NCBI GenBank assembly: GCA_951406725.2
Contig: OX597821.1
Coordinates: 78,926,001 to 78,990,000 of the forward strand
Source of the DNA: Octopus vulgaris
Lineage: Eukaryota
Direction: 5' to 3'
DNA length: 64,000 nucleotides
Below the pieces are notes generated by a model. The model saw only the letters and a list, made by a program, of their open reading frames with translations, was not told where the DNA came from and searched no databases. A program made the position numbers and the translations under genes. This document shows positions 1-13,512 of the stretch, piece after piece (within the stretch, counting starts at the first letter, position 1; each line of letters begins with the position of its first letter).

Positions 1-2130
1 AGATGGCTTATTTTTTTATTGGCAATTTTATACCCATACCCTGTTCTGTTTAATTCACTTGTAAGGGGTATTAGGGCTATGCAGAATATTAAAGGTGAAA
101 GTGAGTCACCTTGAAAAATTCCACAGTTGATGTTTATATTTTCTGAGGCAAGTACTCCATTAGAGTGGTATAATTGGAGATTCGTATTCCACAACGACAT
201 ATTGTGCTTGAGGAAGTTTGAAATCACAGAGGAAATTTTGAAGATGTCCAGCGATCTCAAGATCTATGGATGCGGTATACTGTCGGAGGCCTTTTTATAG
301 TCAATCCATGCGGTGCTGAGATTTCTGCGCTTGTTGTGACAGTTCTCAAGGATCATACAATTGATTAGCAGTTGATCTTTGCATCCGTAAGAGCCTCGGC
401 GGCACCCTTTTTGTTCGATGGGGAAAATATCGTTCTTCTCCATGAATGCATATGTTTTCTCCGCCAGGATAGATGTTAGGATTTTATACGTGGTGGATAG
501 ACAGGTTATAGGCCGATAGTTTTTTGGAAGGTTGGTTTCGTTATTCTTTGGGAGTAGGTAAGTAATGCCACTTGCTAACCATTCTGGTGTTTTCTTTAGG
601 TCTCTCATAATTCCATTGAGCAGCTGAACTAGCTTACCGTGTGCGCATGGGAGCGATGCGAGCCAGAAATTCGGCACCCTATCTTTACCGAGGGATTTCC
701 AATTATGGGCCTTCGTGAGTGCCTTTCTTAGGTCTGCTATTGTGATGTCTTCCCATGCTTGTTGTTGTAAATTTTGGTAGGATCCTTCAGTTTGTATAAT
801 CCAGTCTGCATTTATGTTGTACGTCTTCTTGTCACTCCAAATCCTTTTCCAAAAGTTTTGAACTTCTTCCATGGGAGGGGGATCTTTAACGGTTACTTTC
901 TCCTTCCCTATTTCTCTGTAGAATTTTTTGGCATGGATGTGAACTGCTTATTTTGCTTGTAAAACTTGTTTCTCTTCTCAAATCTTCGTATTCTTTGGGC
1001 TTTTGCTTGGACTTTTTGTTTCAGCGTTTCTTTTATTGATATCAGTTCTTCTCTTGGTGAGGATCCACATTTTCTCTTCATCTTTCTTCCTGTTCTGGAT
1101 CTTACATCATTTCCACATATTAGTTCATTTAATATTGATATTTCCCCTCTCATAAATTCAATCTCTTTTTCAATTTTACTTCTCCAGGTTTGATTTCTTC
1201 CCAGGTTTTGTTTTCTTTGTTTTTTCGGGGGCATACAGCTGGTTTCAATTGCCCTAGCAGAAGCGTAAATAATTTCATTTAACTCAGTAAAATCAGGTTT
1301 TAATTCTCGTATTATTTCATTTGTTACATAGTTGCCAATTTGGATTTGTTTTTTACTTTGGTTTGTATTTGAGAGTTTATGAAGTGGTTCTCTATCATTC
1401 ATACTTATATGTCTTACAACTTCAAGCGTATTCAGGATTTTCTGCCTCATTTCTGCAATAGACTCTCTGTGTTCTTCAGCAAATGCGAGATCTTCAGTTA
1501 CTGTTGTTTTTTCGTTTTCCTGGCTATCTTTAACAGGTACAATAGAATTTCTTGTATCTTCAGGCCTTTGCGTACTTTGGTCAGATGGCAGTCTTTCAAT
1601 TAAGCCTCGTGGCGGGCTATGCTGTTCATCTGATTCTTCATTTCCTTTGTGTCTTATATTTTATGTCATTTTCCGTTGCGTGCTTGATCGCGTTTATTTC
1701 ACTGTCTGTGAGTCTGTTATTTCTAAGGATATCCCTCCTCACATTTGCTAATTTGTTCTCGTCCAAATAGGGCCTACTGTCTTGATTCCGTGTTCTCCAT
1801 ATACTGTAAGAGTTTGCGGTGTGTCTCTCTTGAGATGGCCTACCTAATGCATAGTAATAAGCGTATATTACTTCTTTATACTCTTCTCGGGTCCATTTGT
1901 TCCGCTTACATTTTTCTTTCTGTGGTTGTGGTGGTGAACTTGGAGGGCTCGAGTTGGAGGATTTCCCGTTCAAGTGACCATCCATGTCCGTATTCGGAGA
2001 AGAGTTTGTGCCAGTTGATGACTTTTCGATCCCAGGCTGACTCTTCCCTGGGGGACGCGCTTCCAGATTAACCATAGGACAAGCGATTTGGTATACTGAT
2101 TTAGTTTTCCTTTTAGTTTCCAAAAACATT
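1..2130 (-). mobile_element. R4/Dong-like non-LTR retrotransposon, 5' half, frameshifted; runs off the window start
   Basis: Successive minus-strand ORF pieces (1638-2129, 908-1450, 264-872) contain KWTREEYKEV, YLDENKLANVRR, NYRPITCLSTTYK, EQKGCRRGSYGCKDQLLIN and AWIDYKKA. RT motif GIFQGDSLSP lies near 95-125. Confidence 0.85.
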
Positions 2131-2732
2131 TTGGTGCTACGATAATGTTATCATTTTTTAGCTTTGATTGGCTCGTGGGGAGACGGCCATCATTGCCGTT
2201 ACAATTATAATCGTACCATTATAGCAGCCGTAGTCGGCTTATTATTGTTATTATCATCACCATTACCATCACTATCATCATTATCACCACCATTACCATC
2301 ATCATTATCATCATCACCATCACCATCACCACCATCATCATCAATGATATTGTTTTATGTGTAGTCACAGCAGTATCTTATTATTGTTATTTTTGTTTTT
2401 TTATCATTATCACCATCACAGTAGTGTCTGTCTGTCTCGTTGGCTGGCTTGGTGGTTGGCTGGCTGACTGTCTTCAACGCCAGAGTTCTTTCCTGCCAAA
2501 TAATACTTTCATATTTGGTTAACATTAGAGCGGAGGTGAGGTTTGTGTTGGTTGAACTCTTTGAGTGTGTGTGTGTGTGTGTGTAGATAGATAGATAGAT
2601 AGATTATCAGCACTATTACTATCATTATTATCATCATCACCATCAGTGATATTTTTTTTTCTTTTTAGGTGGGGTCCTTTCGGTCAAAAAAAGTTCAGAT
2701 GTTTACTACTATTAGGCTTAAGAAAAATTAAG

Positions 2733-3366
2733 GAAGGGATGTTCTGTATTGTTTGTGAATAGAGAAGTTGTGTTCGACCAGAGAGAATCTTAGCATCATC
2801 ATTTTTTTTCCATGTGCGTTTGTGTTATTGCAATAAAAAGTGTTTGTATAATATCGTGTAAGGTAATATTGTGGAGGTTGAAGTTGACTTATCTAGAGAT
2901 GTTTGTATGTCCAGTTAGAAGAACAGGTGTGTTTTTACAATAAAAAGTATATGTTTACATTTATATTTGAATATTCAGGGAGGAAGCAAAGAAGAGTCAG
3001 ATTTTCATAGAAAGTTTTAGGGTTTTGCAAGTCCACAAAAAGAAAAGCGTGATGTTTTTAGAGAGAAGAAAAAAAAAAGGATGTTTACAGAAGCAATTGT
3101 GGGTATCAAAGTTTTTAAAGCTGGTCGAATGTATGATTGAAAACTGTAGATATGTAAATTTGTAAATTTTCATAACTTATTTTGAAGGGCTGTTCTGTAT
3201 TGTTTGTGAATAGAGAAGTTGTGTTCGACCAGAGAGAATCTTAGCATCATTATTTTTTCCATGTGCGTTTGTGTTATTGCAATAAAAAAGTGTTTGTATA
3301 TTTCGTGGAAGGTAATATTGTGGAGGTTGAAGTTGACCCCTCTAGAGATGTTTGTATGTCCAGTTA
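2733..3366. repeat. Two ~185-bp direct repeats (2733-2917 and 3184-3366), probably within an old LINE fragment
   Basis: Near-identical text gaaggg.tgttctgtattgtttgtgaatagagaag...gtttgtatgtccagtta occurs twice. The spacer reads SYIRPAL on the minus strand. Confidence 0.8.
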
Positions 3367-3381
3367 TTATTATTATTATTA

Positions 3382-3432
<51 letters not shown>

Positions 3433-3572
3433 TTGTTATTATTATTATTATTGTTGTTGTTGTTGTTGTTATTATTATTATCATCATTATTATCATTTTT
3501 TTAATTATGTTTATTATTATTATTATTATTGTTATTATCATTGTTGTTGTTGTTGTTATAATTATTATTATT
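3364..3572. repeat. (TTA/TTG)n microsatellite
   Basis: Seen directly. Confidence 0.95.
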
Positions 3573-3839
3573 TAAGACGTCGCACAGCATCAAATATCGT
3601 GATGTTGTTGGTTGAAGCTATTGTGTCTACCGGGAATTTGTACTGCCTGTCAAGCCACACCAACGACCTCAGACTCACAGCACTTTACACAATATGCGTG
3701 CAGTTCAAAGAAATGCCGATTTCTGCAATATACCTTGAATGTAGGGTATTTCAAAAGTGTCCACGTTGGGCGGTATTGGGCGTTGGGCGATATTGAACAG
3801 AAGGCTCCGATGTCAACAAAGACAACGATACATAATGAC

Positions 3840-6800
3840 ATTTATTATTATTATCCGTTATTATTATCCTCTCATTATAACTTTATTTCAGCTGCCATAG
3901 TACCGGACATCCTATGGAGGCAAAGAGTTGCAAGGGCACTCTTTATTCCATTTTAAATGGAGAGTGCTTTCGTAGTATATGGGCTGCATCCATCAAGGTT
4001 ATCCTTTGTGGCCCAACGGAGACTGGAGTTACCAGAGAGTTGCTTAATATACTTCTCAGCTCTCTTCTTTATCAATCCCAATGCACCAATTACTACCGGA
4101 CTGGTTTATCATAGTACTAAGCTTCCGCATTTGCAGATCTTTATAGTGAGAAAGCTATTCGTATTCATTCCTTTCTTGAGACATTTTGATCTAGTGTGAC
4201 AGATATATCTATTAACAGACAGGTTCCACTGTTATAAGCCTTGATCACAATGTCTGTTCGATTGGAGTCAATTTTTGTGTTTGTTTGTATTGGAAAGTTC
4301 AAAAGGATGGTGACGCCCTTGCCATTTACTACTTCCTCTGGGTGGTGCCTGTACCACTTATCACGGGATTTAATTGTGTAGTATTTACAAGCATTCCGGT
4401 GCATGTACTGTTGTAGTCTGTCATGTCTTATGAGGTACGCCTTTTCAGCGAGGACTGGGCAGTCGGAAACAACGTGATTAATTGTCTTTGTGAAATTTCC
4501 GCAAAATCTGCACAAGGGGTCAGATCCATCTTTAAGGACATTTGCATGGTTTGTTTCTGGTAGGTAAACTCTGATCTTGCGCTACAATAACAAAACCCTT
4601 TATTTTCGCTTTCAGACCTGCCCCTTGCAGCCACCATTGGTGTGTTAGATTTTGATCAATATCTGGCTTTGACAGGCGGTTAGGATATTTTCCATGCAGC
4701 AGTTTAATTTTCCAGTTGTTTTTGATATTATTCATGCAATACTTCTTTGCTTTTTGTTTCATATTTATTGCATCAATGATACGTTTGACACTATTTGGGT
4801 GTCTTTGGTCATTCTTATTGTTAACTTGTAGGCCAAGAGACAATTTAAAATTTCAGACTAAGCCTCATGACTGAAGCTTGCTTGGAAGCTTCCTGCTTCA
4901 GTGAAGTTCGTAAAAGTACATCTTTTGTTGAATTCAGATACGTTTCAATGACCATTATTGCTGATTTGAAGGATTGTTCAAGCTGTATCTTCAACCTATT
5001 TTTCTTGTGAGATAAATCCTGTCTACATCTGATTTTGGATGGTGCATTCGCTACCATGTTAAGATTTTACGGACGTTTCCATTAATATTCTGCATGTCAG
5101 TGAGACTCCACTTAATAATACCAGCTATATGTGGTTACTGGTATGGCCAAAGAATTGATCACATTAATTCTGTTAGCAACACTTAAATCTGAGTTTAGAA
5201 CCTGTCTTGCCCTTCGGTAGCATTCCATGCGGATATTCTCTTTCATTTTAGAGTGCTGGATACCCTCACCTTTATTTGTTCCTAGATATGAATATACTTC
5301 TGATTGGTCCAGGTTTCGAGTAGCTGTCGTAGTATCAAGTTCTATGTTTTCTGCCTTTATCAACTTTCCTGCCTTGAAAGTAGCCTTTGCACATTTATCT
5401 AGTCCGAATTCCATAGCTTTATCACAGCTGAATTCTTTGATAATATTCAGGAGCTCTTCTAATTCTTTGTCGTTTTTTGCAAATAGTTTTAGATCATCCA
5501 AAAAGAGTAGATGATTAATGTTTTGGCCAAACATCGTATACCCTCTCTTAGCATTATTCAGTTGCGTGGATAAAGGAAACAGAGAGAGACAGAATAGTAA
5601 TAGTGATAATGAACCACCTCCAAAGATACCACAATCAATATTGATGTCTGGTGAGATGGTATATCCTTGTGTATAGTATAGAATGAGGGAATCTTATCTA
5701 TATCTGGGCTTTCCATTCCTTTGACTTGGTGAACGCTGCTTTCACTTCTTCAGTTGTTATATCCCACAATTCTTGAGTTGGGCATTGGCCTCTTCTATGT
5801 CCCTCATCCAATGTGCATTCTGATTAAACTCCTTTGGATTACTCCAAATGTTTTTCCTAAAATTTTCAGTTTGATGTTGGGAAGGAGGTGTTTTCTCAAT
5901 AATGGTATTTTCCCCCAGTTCCCTGTAGAATTTTTTGTGTTCTCCTTGAATAGAATGTTTTGTCTCTGGAATGCTTCGTGCCTTTTGTATCTTGCCAGTT
6001 GCTTGGTTTTTAATTGTAGTTTTCGTTTGAGGATTTCAATTTGTATATCATTTCTTTTCATATTTAGATCATGTTTAGCAATTATTCTTATCAGTTTGTT
6101 GTGTTTATTAGATTTCCCTTTGCTAGCTTCAAGTAGAAAACATATATCTGCTTTTTGTTGGATTATTTTCCGGTTTATCCTTTCCAGCCATGCACGCTGT
6201 TTGTGTACATTGCACTTTTTTGTCTATCTCAAATATTAATACCACATTTCTGAGTTGCAACATAAACAGCTGAGGAAAGGAGCAGACCAATCCCTCCGAG
6301 GCCATTTTCTCTACTATTCTCAAGATGTATCAGCTTTCCAAGTAATTGATCAACTTCTTTGATTATTTTCCTGTTCTTATTAGTATTAATAATTTTAGGA
6401 ATTGGGGCTCTTTCGTGGAAAGGTTGCTCTAGTTCTATTAGATATTGTTCTAGAATTCCATCTGCCAGTTCATTGCTGACGGGATCATTTATAGTGTTTT
6501 TAGTATCAACTGATGGTCCAGCTTCATAGGGTTTTGTGTACCCAGTTTAATAGTTTGTGTTAGTAATTTCAGAGCTTTTTACCAGTGGATATAAGTGAGT
6601 GTGTGTTATACTGAGCTGGATTTTGACTGATCTGACTAACACTTTACTGTCAGTTAGTCTTTCTTTTTTTAGGATATGACATCTCACAGCTCCTAGTTTA
6701 TTACTCTCAATGTACAGCCTGCTATGCGGGGTTTTGCACCTCCAGATATTGTAGGTCCCTTTTTGTGTGGTTGATGTTTCTAGGTTTAGTGTTGAATAAT

Positions 6801-7230
6801 AATAATAAGCATGTATAACTTCGATATATTCTACCTTAATCCATTTCTGTCTTGTATTTTATTTCCTTGAGACAGGTCTGGTAGTTGATTCAGAGCAAGA
6901 ATATCCCTGGTTTTATTTGCTACAGGTTCTAGAGGAGGTTGGTCCAGATTTAAAGACTTTTCGAATTCAGTCAAGGAACCTTAGGTCACTGATGAACCTG
7001 TTCTTCGAACGATACGGGTTCTAGGGGGTATTACCATGGTTAGTTTCCAGGGCCGTGCTAGAAGCGTACAAGGTTAACCAATTTTATGGTTCCTTGGGTA
7101 ACGTTCTGAGGTCCCAGGCATAATTTTCCGGGTGGTGGGATTTATTTTGAGAAGTTTTAAACTAGTTCGTGTCATGACCTGCCGCCTGGAAGGTATCAAA
7201 TGGCAAGCTTTCAGAATTCATATAGCGTCG
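3840..7230 (-). mobile_element. Degenerate R4/Dong-like non-LTR retrotransposon (RT, CCHC knuckle, RLE remnants)
   Basis: Fragments INHLLFLDDLKLFAK, FGLDKCAK, GKYPNR, VAQDQSLPTRN, CRFC..TINHVVSDC and NRTDIVI..CLLIDIS. The 3' end abuts a TTA-rich tract. Confidence 0.85.
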
Positions 7231-7399
7231 TAGAAAGAGGCAGATATTGAATTGACAGCCAGAGAGAGACAGGGACAGGGAGACAAAATACAGAACCCTC
7301 ATGCAGCCTCCAACTGGAATTACCCCCCAGCTATTTTCAGTAGGATGGTAATAGCTTTGGCGGCGGTGGTGCTAGAAGTGGTAATGTGGTTGTACTTGT

Positions 7400-7900
7400 T
7401 CTTCTCTACTCTAGGCACAAGGCCTGAAATTATGGGGGAGGGGGCCAGTCGATGAGATCGACCCCAGTACGCGACTGGTACTTAATTTACTGACCCCGAA
7501 AGGATGAAAGGCAAAGTCGACCTCAGTGAAATTTAGTCTCATGACGTCAAGACAGATGAAATACCTATTTCTTTACTACCCGCAAGGGGCTGAACACTGA
7601 GAGGACAAACAAGGACAGAAAAACGGACCAAGTCGATTATATCGACCACAGTGCGTAAGTGGTACTTATTTAATCGACCCCGAAAGGATGAAAAGTAAAG
7701 TCAACCTCGGCGGAAATTGAACTGAGAACGTAGCGGCAGACAAAATTCCCATTTCTTTACTACCCAAAAGGGCTAAACACAGAAGGGACAAAGAAGGACA
7801 GACAAACGGATTAAGTCCATTATATCGAACCCAGTGCGTAACTGGTACTTTATTTATCGACCCCGAAAGGACGAAAGGCATAGTCGACGTCGGCGGAATG
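7400..7900 (-). repeat. Three tandem partial copies (~185-bp unit) of a tRNA-derived SINE
   Basis: Repeated core atcgaccccgaaaggatgaaaggcaaagtcgacctcggcggaa, same family as 38146-38378. Confidence 0.8.
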
Positions 7901-8749
7901 TATGTGTTTGTCGCATGTATGTGTTTGTCTCCACGCAAATCGCTGTTATCATTGTTATTATTAGTAGCAGTAATGTTAGTAGCAACAGCAGCAGTAGTAC
8001 TGCTTGTGGTCAGCAGTGTTCAAATGTGTTTACTACTACAAGCGACCAATGCGAGGGCTGAAATTGGCCTTGGACAGGACCAACTCACCTTGTGTTTTAA
8101 TTGCAAATAGAAAAAATAACAATAACTTTCTCTCTCTCTCTCCCACCCACACCCACGCACGCGCGCACATATGTATATACACGTATTTATATTGATATTT
8201 ACATTGTTGAATTTGTATTGCCTTTTATTGGTTTTGCAGTAATTTAGTTTTCGAAATTGTGTTGTTTGTATATATTGACAGTTGTTTATGTTCAAAAGGT
8301 GATTAGATTTTGGAATTGATTCTGTACCAGACAAGGATTCTGGATTATGTGATATATTTATTTTACATGAAGTATTACGATCTTATGTTGACTTTCAAGT
8401 CTTTCTGTGACTATCTCCCTTGAAAGCACGCTCATGGTTTCCACGTACGTTACGCGGCGCAGCTGTTTCCAAAGTTTTTATGTTCGTTTCTCTATTATCA
8501 ACTTTACGCTTAGTAGAAACTGATGCATAAAGAAATCAAACTACTACAGTAAAACCGTTCAGAAATTATATAACGCTAACATATGCAGTAAGAATAATCA
8601 ATTTAATTTATCTCCGATAAATTTTAGTTTTACTAATTTTGTAGATATCGCTCCTGTTGAAAACCACTTACCTTCTTGACAGTTGCATTTCTAGCTCTGC
8701 CTTGAAGGAATTTTTACCTCTTGGACTCAGTTTCTGCGCACACCTATGT

Positions 8750-8900
8750 TGTTAAACTTCCGTTAACAGCACCGTATGCACATCCGTTCCGTTTTCCTTC
8801 ACGCACGGATAAACTTCTCACTATAGACCTTATGGTCGTAAAGATTATACCAGTGGATAGACTAAAAACGGCTTCTATTGAGAACATTGTTCCTACTGCC
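8750..8900 (+). mobile_element. Gypsy LTR-retrotransposon integrase C-terminal (GPY/F) remnant
   Basis: LTAPYAHPF...RTDK..TID...PVDRLKTA resembles the gypsy consensus LxPPYxGPF...RxDK.FTI...VSxDRLKPA. Confidence 0.55.
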
Positions 8901-9171
8901 GATGATACACACACATCATTACAAACACGGCCCGCACACCCACCTTCACAGTCTATGATTAATACTGGGATCGATCAGGTACCGGACAAGGATTCTGGAT
9001 TATTTTTCCAGTTTTTTAACTTAATTTTTGACAAAGGTCGGGTTCATTTCTAGTATTTTCGTTTGTCGGAGCAGTCGAGTTTATTTCAGATATTCTCATT
9101 TTAAAAATCATCTCTGGCTAATCGTTGAGAGGACGTTGGTGTTACCTTGGCGGAGGTTTGCGATCTCTGAG

Positions 9172-10210
9172 TATTATTATTACAATTTTTATTATTATTT
9201 TGGTTTGGCTCGGGTTCCGTCTTATTCCTGGTAAGAATAATGTGGGTAGTGGATTATTACTTGTAATCTTAGGTATCCACAAGTTTTCAACAGTCTTTTA
9301 GGTGCTTAGATCACTCTTCATAATCCTTGCTGTACCTAAGAGATAAACGTTCTGTCGGATCTCTACCCGGTATTCTATTTCATTCTCCTTCAGTCATTTG
9401 TGTATGTCTTTCCATACTGTTCCCAACGCTCTAGTTGTTATAGGCACCACGTTTGCAGTTCTTAATTCCCCCTATTTAAAATTTAAAGGATGTTTTTCTT
9501 CCTCTTTGTTTATGATCCTGCAATCAAACAGACATGATCGGTCGATAAGTAAACAACGTCGCTTTTCTTAATCGATAATCGTTATGCTTGGTCTATTATT
9601 TTTAACTCCTTGTCCGTTTGAATAGGAATGTCCCACAAAATCTTATGTGTCTCGGACTCCTGTACTCTTTTGATTCGATGACTGTGCCATGTCTTTCCAG
9701 CTTCAAAATCTCAAAATTCCCAGTGTATTCTTCTTGTGCCAACTTAAGGCATTCTTCCACAATGTATGTCACTGTCTTGAAAGTTCCACAGATCCTATAT
9801 TTTTTCTCACACATTCTCTCCATACATATTTTTCTCAAGTTGTTTGTTTTTATCGAATGATCTTCGGCTGCTACAATTAGGCTTTCGGAAACTTTTTTAA
9901 TTGCCATTTTTCTTTAAAAACCAAGTCCAGGATTTGATCCATATACGTCATTAGTGGCTCTCCATATTCGGTTCGATAAATTAAGTACCAGTTACGGACT
10001 GGAGTCGATATTATCGACTTAATCCGTTTGTCTGTCTTTGTTTGTCCTCTCTGGGTTTAGCCCCTTGTGGGTAGTAAAGAAATAGGTTATTCAGAGCTTT
10101 CTCTTCAATCTGTCTGACGCACGCTTTTTGCATTTCATTCCATCTGTACACGTTCTTCTACTGCTATTAAGTTTTTTCCACCCTGGTCTCACCTCAAGTA
10201 CAGCCGGTTG
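9172..10210 (-). mobile_element. 5'-truncated, degenerate R4/Dong-like 3' fragment, interrupted by a SINE piece (~9965-10087)
   Basis: ESLIVAAEDHSIKTN and YRICG..TVTYIVEEC.KLAQEEY. Flanked by TTA tracts at about 9172-9200 and 10245-10330. Confidence 0.65.
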
Positions 10211-10278
10211 ACATCAACTTATGGATGGTGGGCTCCATACAAGTATCATCATCATCATCATCATCATCCTCATTATCA

Positions 10279-10333
<55 letters not shown>

Positions 10334-10579
10334 ACATGGCTAAGGTGGTCGATTGGCGAGTGCGTCAAACAAAAATTCATTTCTCTATTGTAATACGTCT
10401 CTTTATGTTTTGTGTTGCAATTTATATTTTAATTTTCATCCTTCTGGGTTCAGTAATATGAAATATCAATCAATAACTGATGTCTACTAACTATATCCCA
10501 TCACTGCAAAACAATTTGTATTTGAGGTGATATATGTGTATGTTAGAAATTGTTGTTGTTGATGTTATTGTTATTGTAG

Positions 10580-10724
10580 GCAGTGGCTGCTCTGTTACAC
10601 TACTTCCTTCTGACATCTCTCATGTGGATGGCTATCGAAGCATGTCACGTTTGCCTTGTTACCGTAATTGTATTTAAAACATACCAGTCACATTTTATCC
10701 CGAAGAGTTCAATTTTGTCATGGG
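10580..10724 (+). pseudogene. Adhesion GPCR copy L, TM3-TM4 exon (AVAALLHYFLLTSLMWMAIEA...SWG)
   Basis: tgtag acceptor, gtaagt donor, 145 nt. Classic class B2 TM3 motif HYFLL..xxWM.xEA. Confidence 0.85.
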
Positions 10725-11215
10725 GTAAGTTAAATCTAGATTATAAAGAAATAGATTCTCAGATTGGCCATTAGGGCAACATAAGATTACTTTCATTTTC
10801 CCGCAAAGAGTTTCAGTCTAATCTCATCTCTAGAAAAAAAAGCTAAGAGTTATTCATTTTGTACTTTCACCTGGCGCAACAACTAATTTGAGAAGAGGTT
10901 CATGAGCACGACTTTTTGTTGTTTTTATTTGATTAACCAGAAATTGCAGTAATTTTAAGTTTTGTTTCCCAGTAAAACATATCATTGATAGAATCGAAGA
11001 TATACACCAGTCGTACTTACTAATAAAAGCCAAAGTAGTAAATTGTAAAAAGTGACCTGGGTACATCAAAATGAATATTGATATCTTTTGAAGTAGACAT
11101 TTTTCTCTAAATAAAACATGGTCAACTAAATCGATTTAAATGTCACTTATTTATGGGTTTAAATATTGACTAATATCTACATATGTTTCTTCCTTTCTGT
11201 AAATGTCCTTGCCAG

Positions 11216-11294
11216 GTCTTCCAGCTGTCATTGTCACAATTACTCTGGCAATTAACTACACAAACAATTACATTAGAATTGAACACGCACAAGT
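11216..11294 (+). pseudogene. Adhesion GPCR copy L, TM4-ECL2 exon (GLPAVIVTITLAINYTNNY...)
   Basis: ccag/gtaagt boundaries, 79 nt, phase-compatible with both neighbours (WG|LP, V|CWL). Confidence 0.85.
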
Positions 11295-11559
11295 GTAAGT
11301 ATTTATACGTTTTATTCACCAAATTTTCTCTGCTCTCCACAACTAATAATTTGCAAGATTTATTTATGATCTGAACAACGAGGAATGGTGGATACACTAG
11401 CATCAAGCTAAAGCAAGATCTCCATTGATGATAGGGGTAACATATACTAAAATGCATACACACACACGCACATACACATAGATACTACCTACACATACAC
11501 ACACGTATATTTATATGTGTGTGTGTGTAGATATATACTTAATGGCCCTCCACTCCTGA

Positions 11560-12347
11560 GCTAAAAAGACCATTTCTGACCTTCAGGAACATTGTACGAT
11601 CTAGGACTAACTTATAATTTGCATTTGAGGCTCCGTTTGTGGCTAATGAGCACTCTTGACAAGCATACACGACAGCAAACGTAGCAGAACAAACTTTCCC
11701 CATTCACTACACAGCAGTGCACTTTCGACCAGCACATTAAAGTACTTAATGCAGAATCTGTACTGTCTCAAAAGTGTCGACCCCTCCTTAACCTGCTTCC
11801 TCCATCTTTGGAGATGACAGGCATTGTTCTCCCAGTCAATCTCCTGCATATCACAGGCCTTTAATGAGAACATAGCACAGTCCTTAAGTCGAAGCCTTAG
11901 TTTCTGCCGGGGTCTCTTTCCATTCGCAAGTTCCCCATATAGCATCTGTTTAGGGATCCTGCTATCCTTCACTCTAATAAGATATGCTCAGTCCAATGTA
12001 ACTGGTGCTTATGCACCATCGCCACTCAAGATGTCATTTGTCCTCAGGACCTGTGTATCTGGAGTTTTTAAGGTCCAACCAACATTCAGAATGTGCCTGA
12101 GACATCTCTGGTGAAAGCGTTCAAGGATCATTACATTCTATCTTGGTTGAAAGAACGATTGTGAAAGTGGTAGACGAGTTCGTCTACCTGGGCAGCACAC
12201 TCAGTCGTTCTTGGCCCCTGGATGATGAAATATCTTTCAGGCTGCAGAGAGCAACTAACTCCTTCCGGTTTCTTAATTCTTGTGTTTCGGCTAAACATGG
12301 CATCGCGAAGCAAACAAATATTGCTGTGTACCGAGCATGTGTACTAA
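11560..12347 (-). mobile_element. Old RTE-clade LINE fragment with an inverted 5' segment (mirrored at about 38418-39200)
   Basis: Minus strand: ILERFHQRCLRHIL and RIPKQMLYGEL. Plus strand 12131-12347: VDEFVYLGS...IAVYRACVL. Confidence 0.8.
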
Positions 12348-12426
12348 CACACACACACATACACGCGCACAAATATATGTATTCATATATACATGCATAT
12401 GCATACATATGTATATATATTCAAAT

Positions 12427-12890
12427 ATAATAATAATAATAATAACAATAATAATACTAATAATAATAATTACAGCAATAATAATACTAATAATAACAAC
12501 AATAATATTACTATTAATAATAATAATAACAACAATAATAATACTACTAATAATAATAATAACAAAAATAATACTAATAACAATAATAACAACAACAACA
12601 ACAAAAATAATAATAATAATAACAACAACAATAATATTACTAATAATAATAACAACAATACTACTACTACTACAAATAATAATAATAACAGCAACAAGAA
12701 TAATAATAATATTAATAATAATAATAATAACAACAACAATACTACTACTACTAATAATAATAATAACAACAAGAATACTACTACTACTAATACTAATAAT
12801 AATAATAACAGCAACAAGAATAATAATACTACTACTAATAATAATAATAACAACAATAATAATATTAAGAGTAATCAGAGTAATAATACT
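12427..12890. repeat. Compound (AAT/AAC/ACT)n microsatellite, much longer than its counterpart at about 38006-38090
   Basis: Seen directly. Confidence 0.95.
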
Positions 12891-13257
12891 AGGATGGAAT
12901 TTGTAAACTTTTAAGATAATCCGTATTTCTGGAATGATTACAGCGTAGTCCGTCGTACCCGTGGGCATCCAGTTTATAAGAACCATTGATTCATTTCTTC
13001 AGGTGATACAGCATTAATAGGTAAACCATAGAGGGTTGTCTTTTCTTTTTATCAGTATGAATATTAAGTGCATTAAATATTCCTAACTTCCATCCCAGGG
13101 TTATTCTTCTTATCATTATGCATCGGTATAACTTGATGCAAAACCGTAAACCTATCTAACTAGTCAACATTATTAGACGGTGGCTGGCATAATATAATAG
13201 GAGCTGTATTTGCATATTAAAAGCGTTACCATAAAGAAATGTAATATATATACATAC

Positions 13258-13337
13258 AAATATAAACTTAGATAAACTTAGATGTGTTTCGACCAATGAT
13301 TGGTCCAGGCCATATCTAACTTAATAGCACCACCTGA
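13258..13337 (-). mobile_element. ~80-bp 3' stub of the CR1-like LINE family seen at 45374, 50274 and 59343
   Basis: ccaggccat.tctaacttaatagcaccacctg is shared with those 3' ends. It has a short tandem tail and sits in (TA)n. Confidence 0.75.
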
Positions 13338-13384
13338 TATATACCACCTATATATATACATATATAAAATATATGTATATATAC

Positions 13385-13465
<81 letters not shown>

Positions 13466-13512
13466 GTATATACATATATAATATATATATACATATATAA
13501 TATATATATATA

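Noticed and set aside
8640-8720. Candidate TM2 exon for the left GPCR copy after a ttttgtag acceptor
   Set aside because: No similarity to the 44620-44743 exon in any frame
12291-12986. Poly-N, poly-I and poly-L ORFs (also 3170-3796, 10208-10461, 40351)
   Set aside because: Trinucleotide microsatellite artefacts
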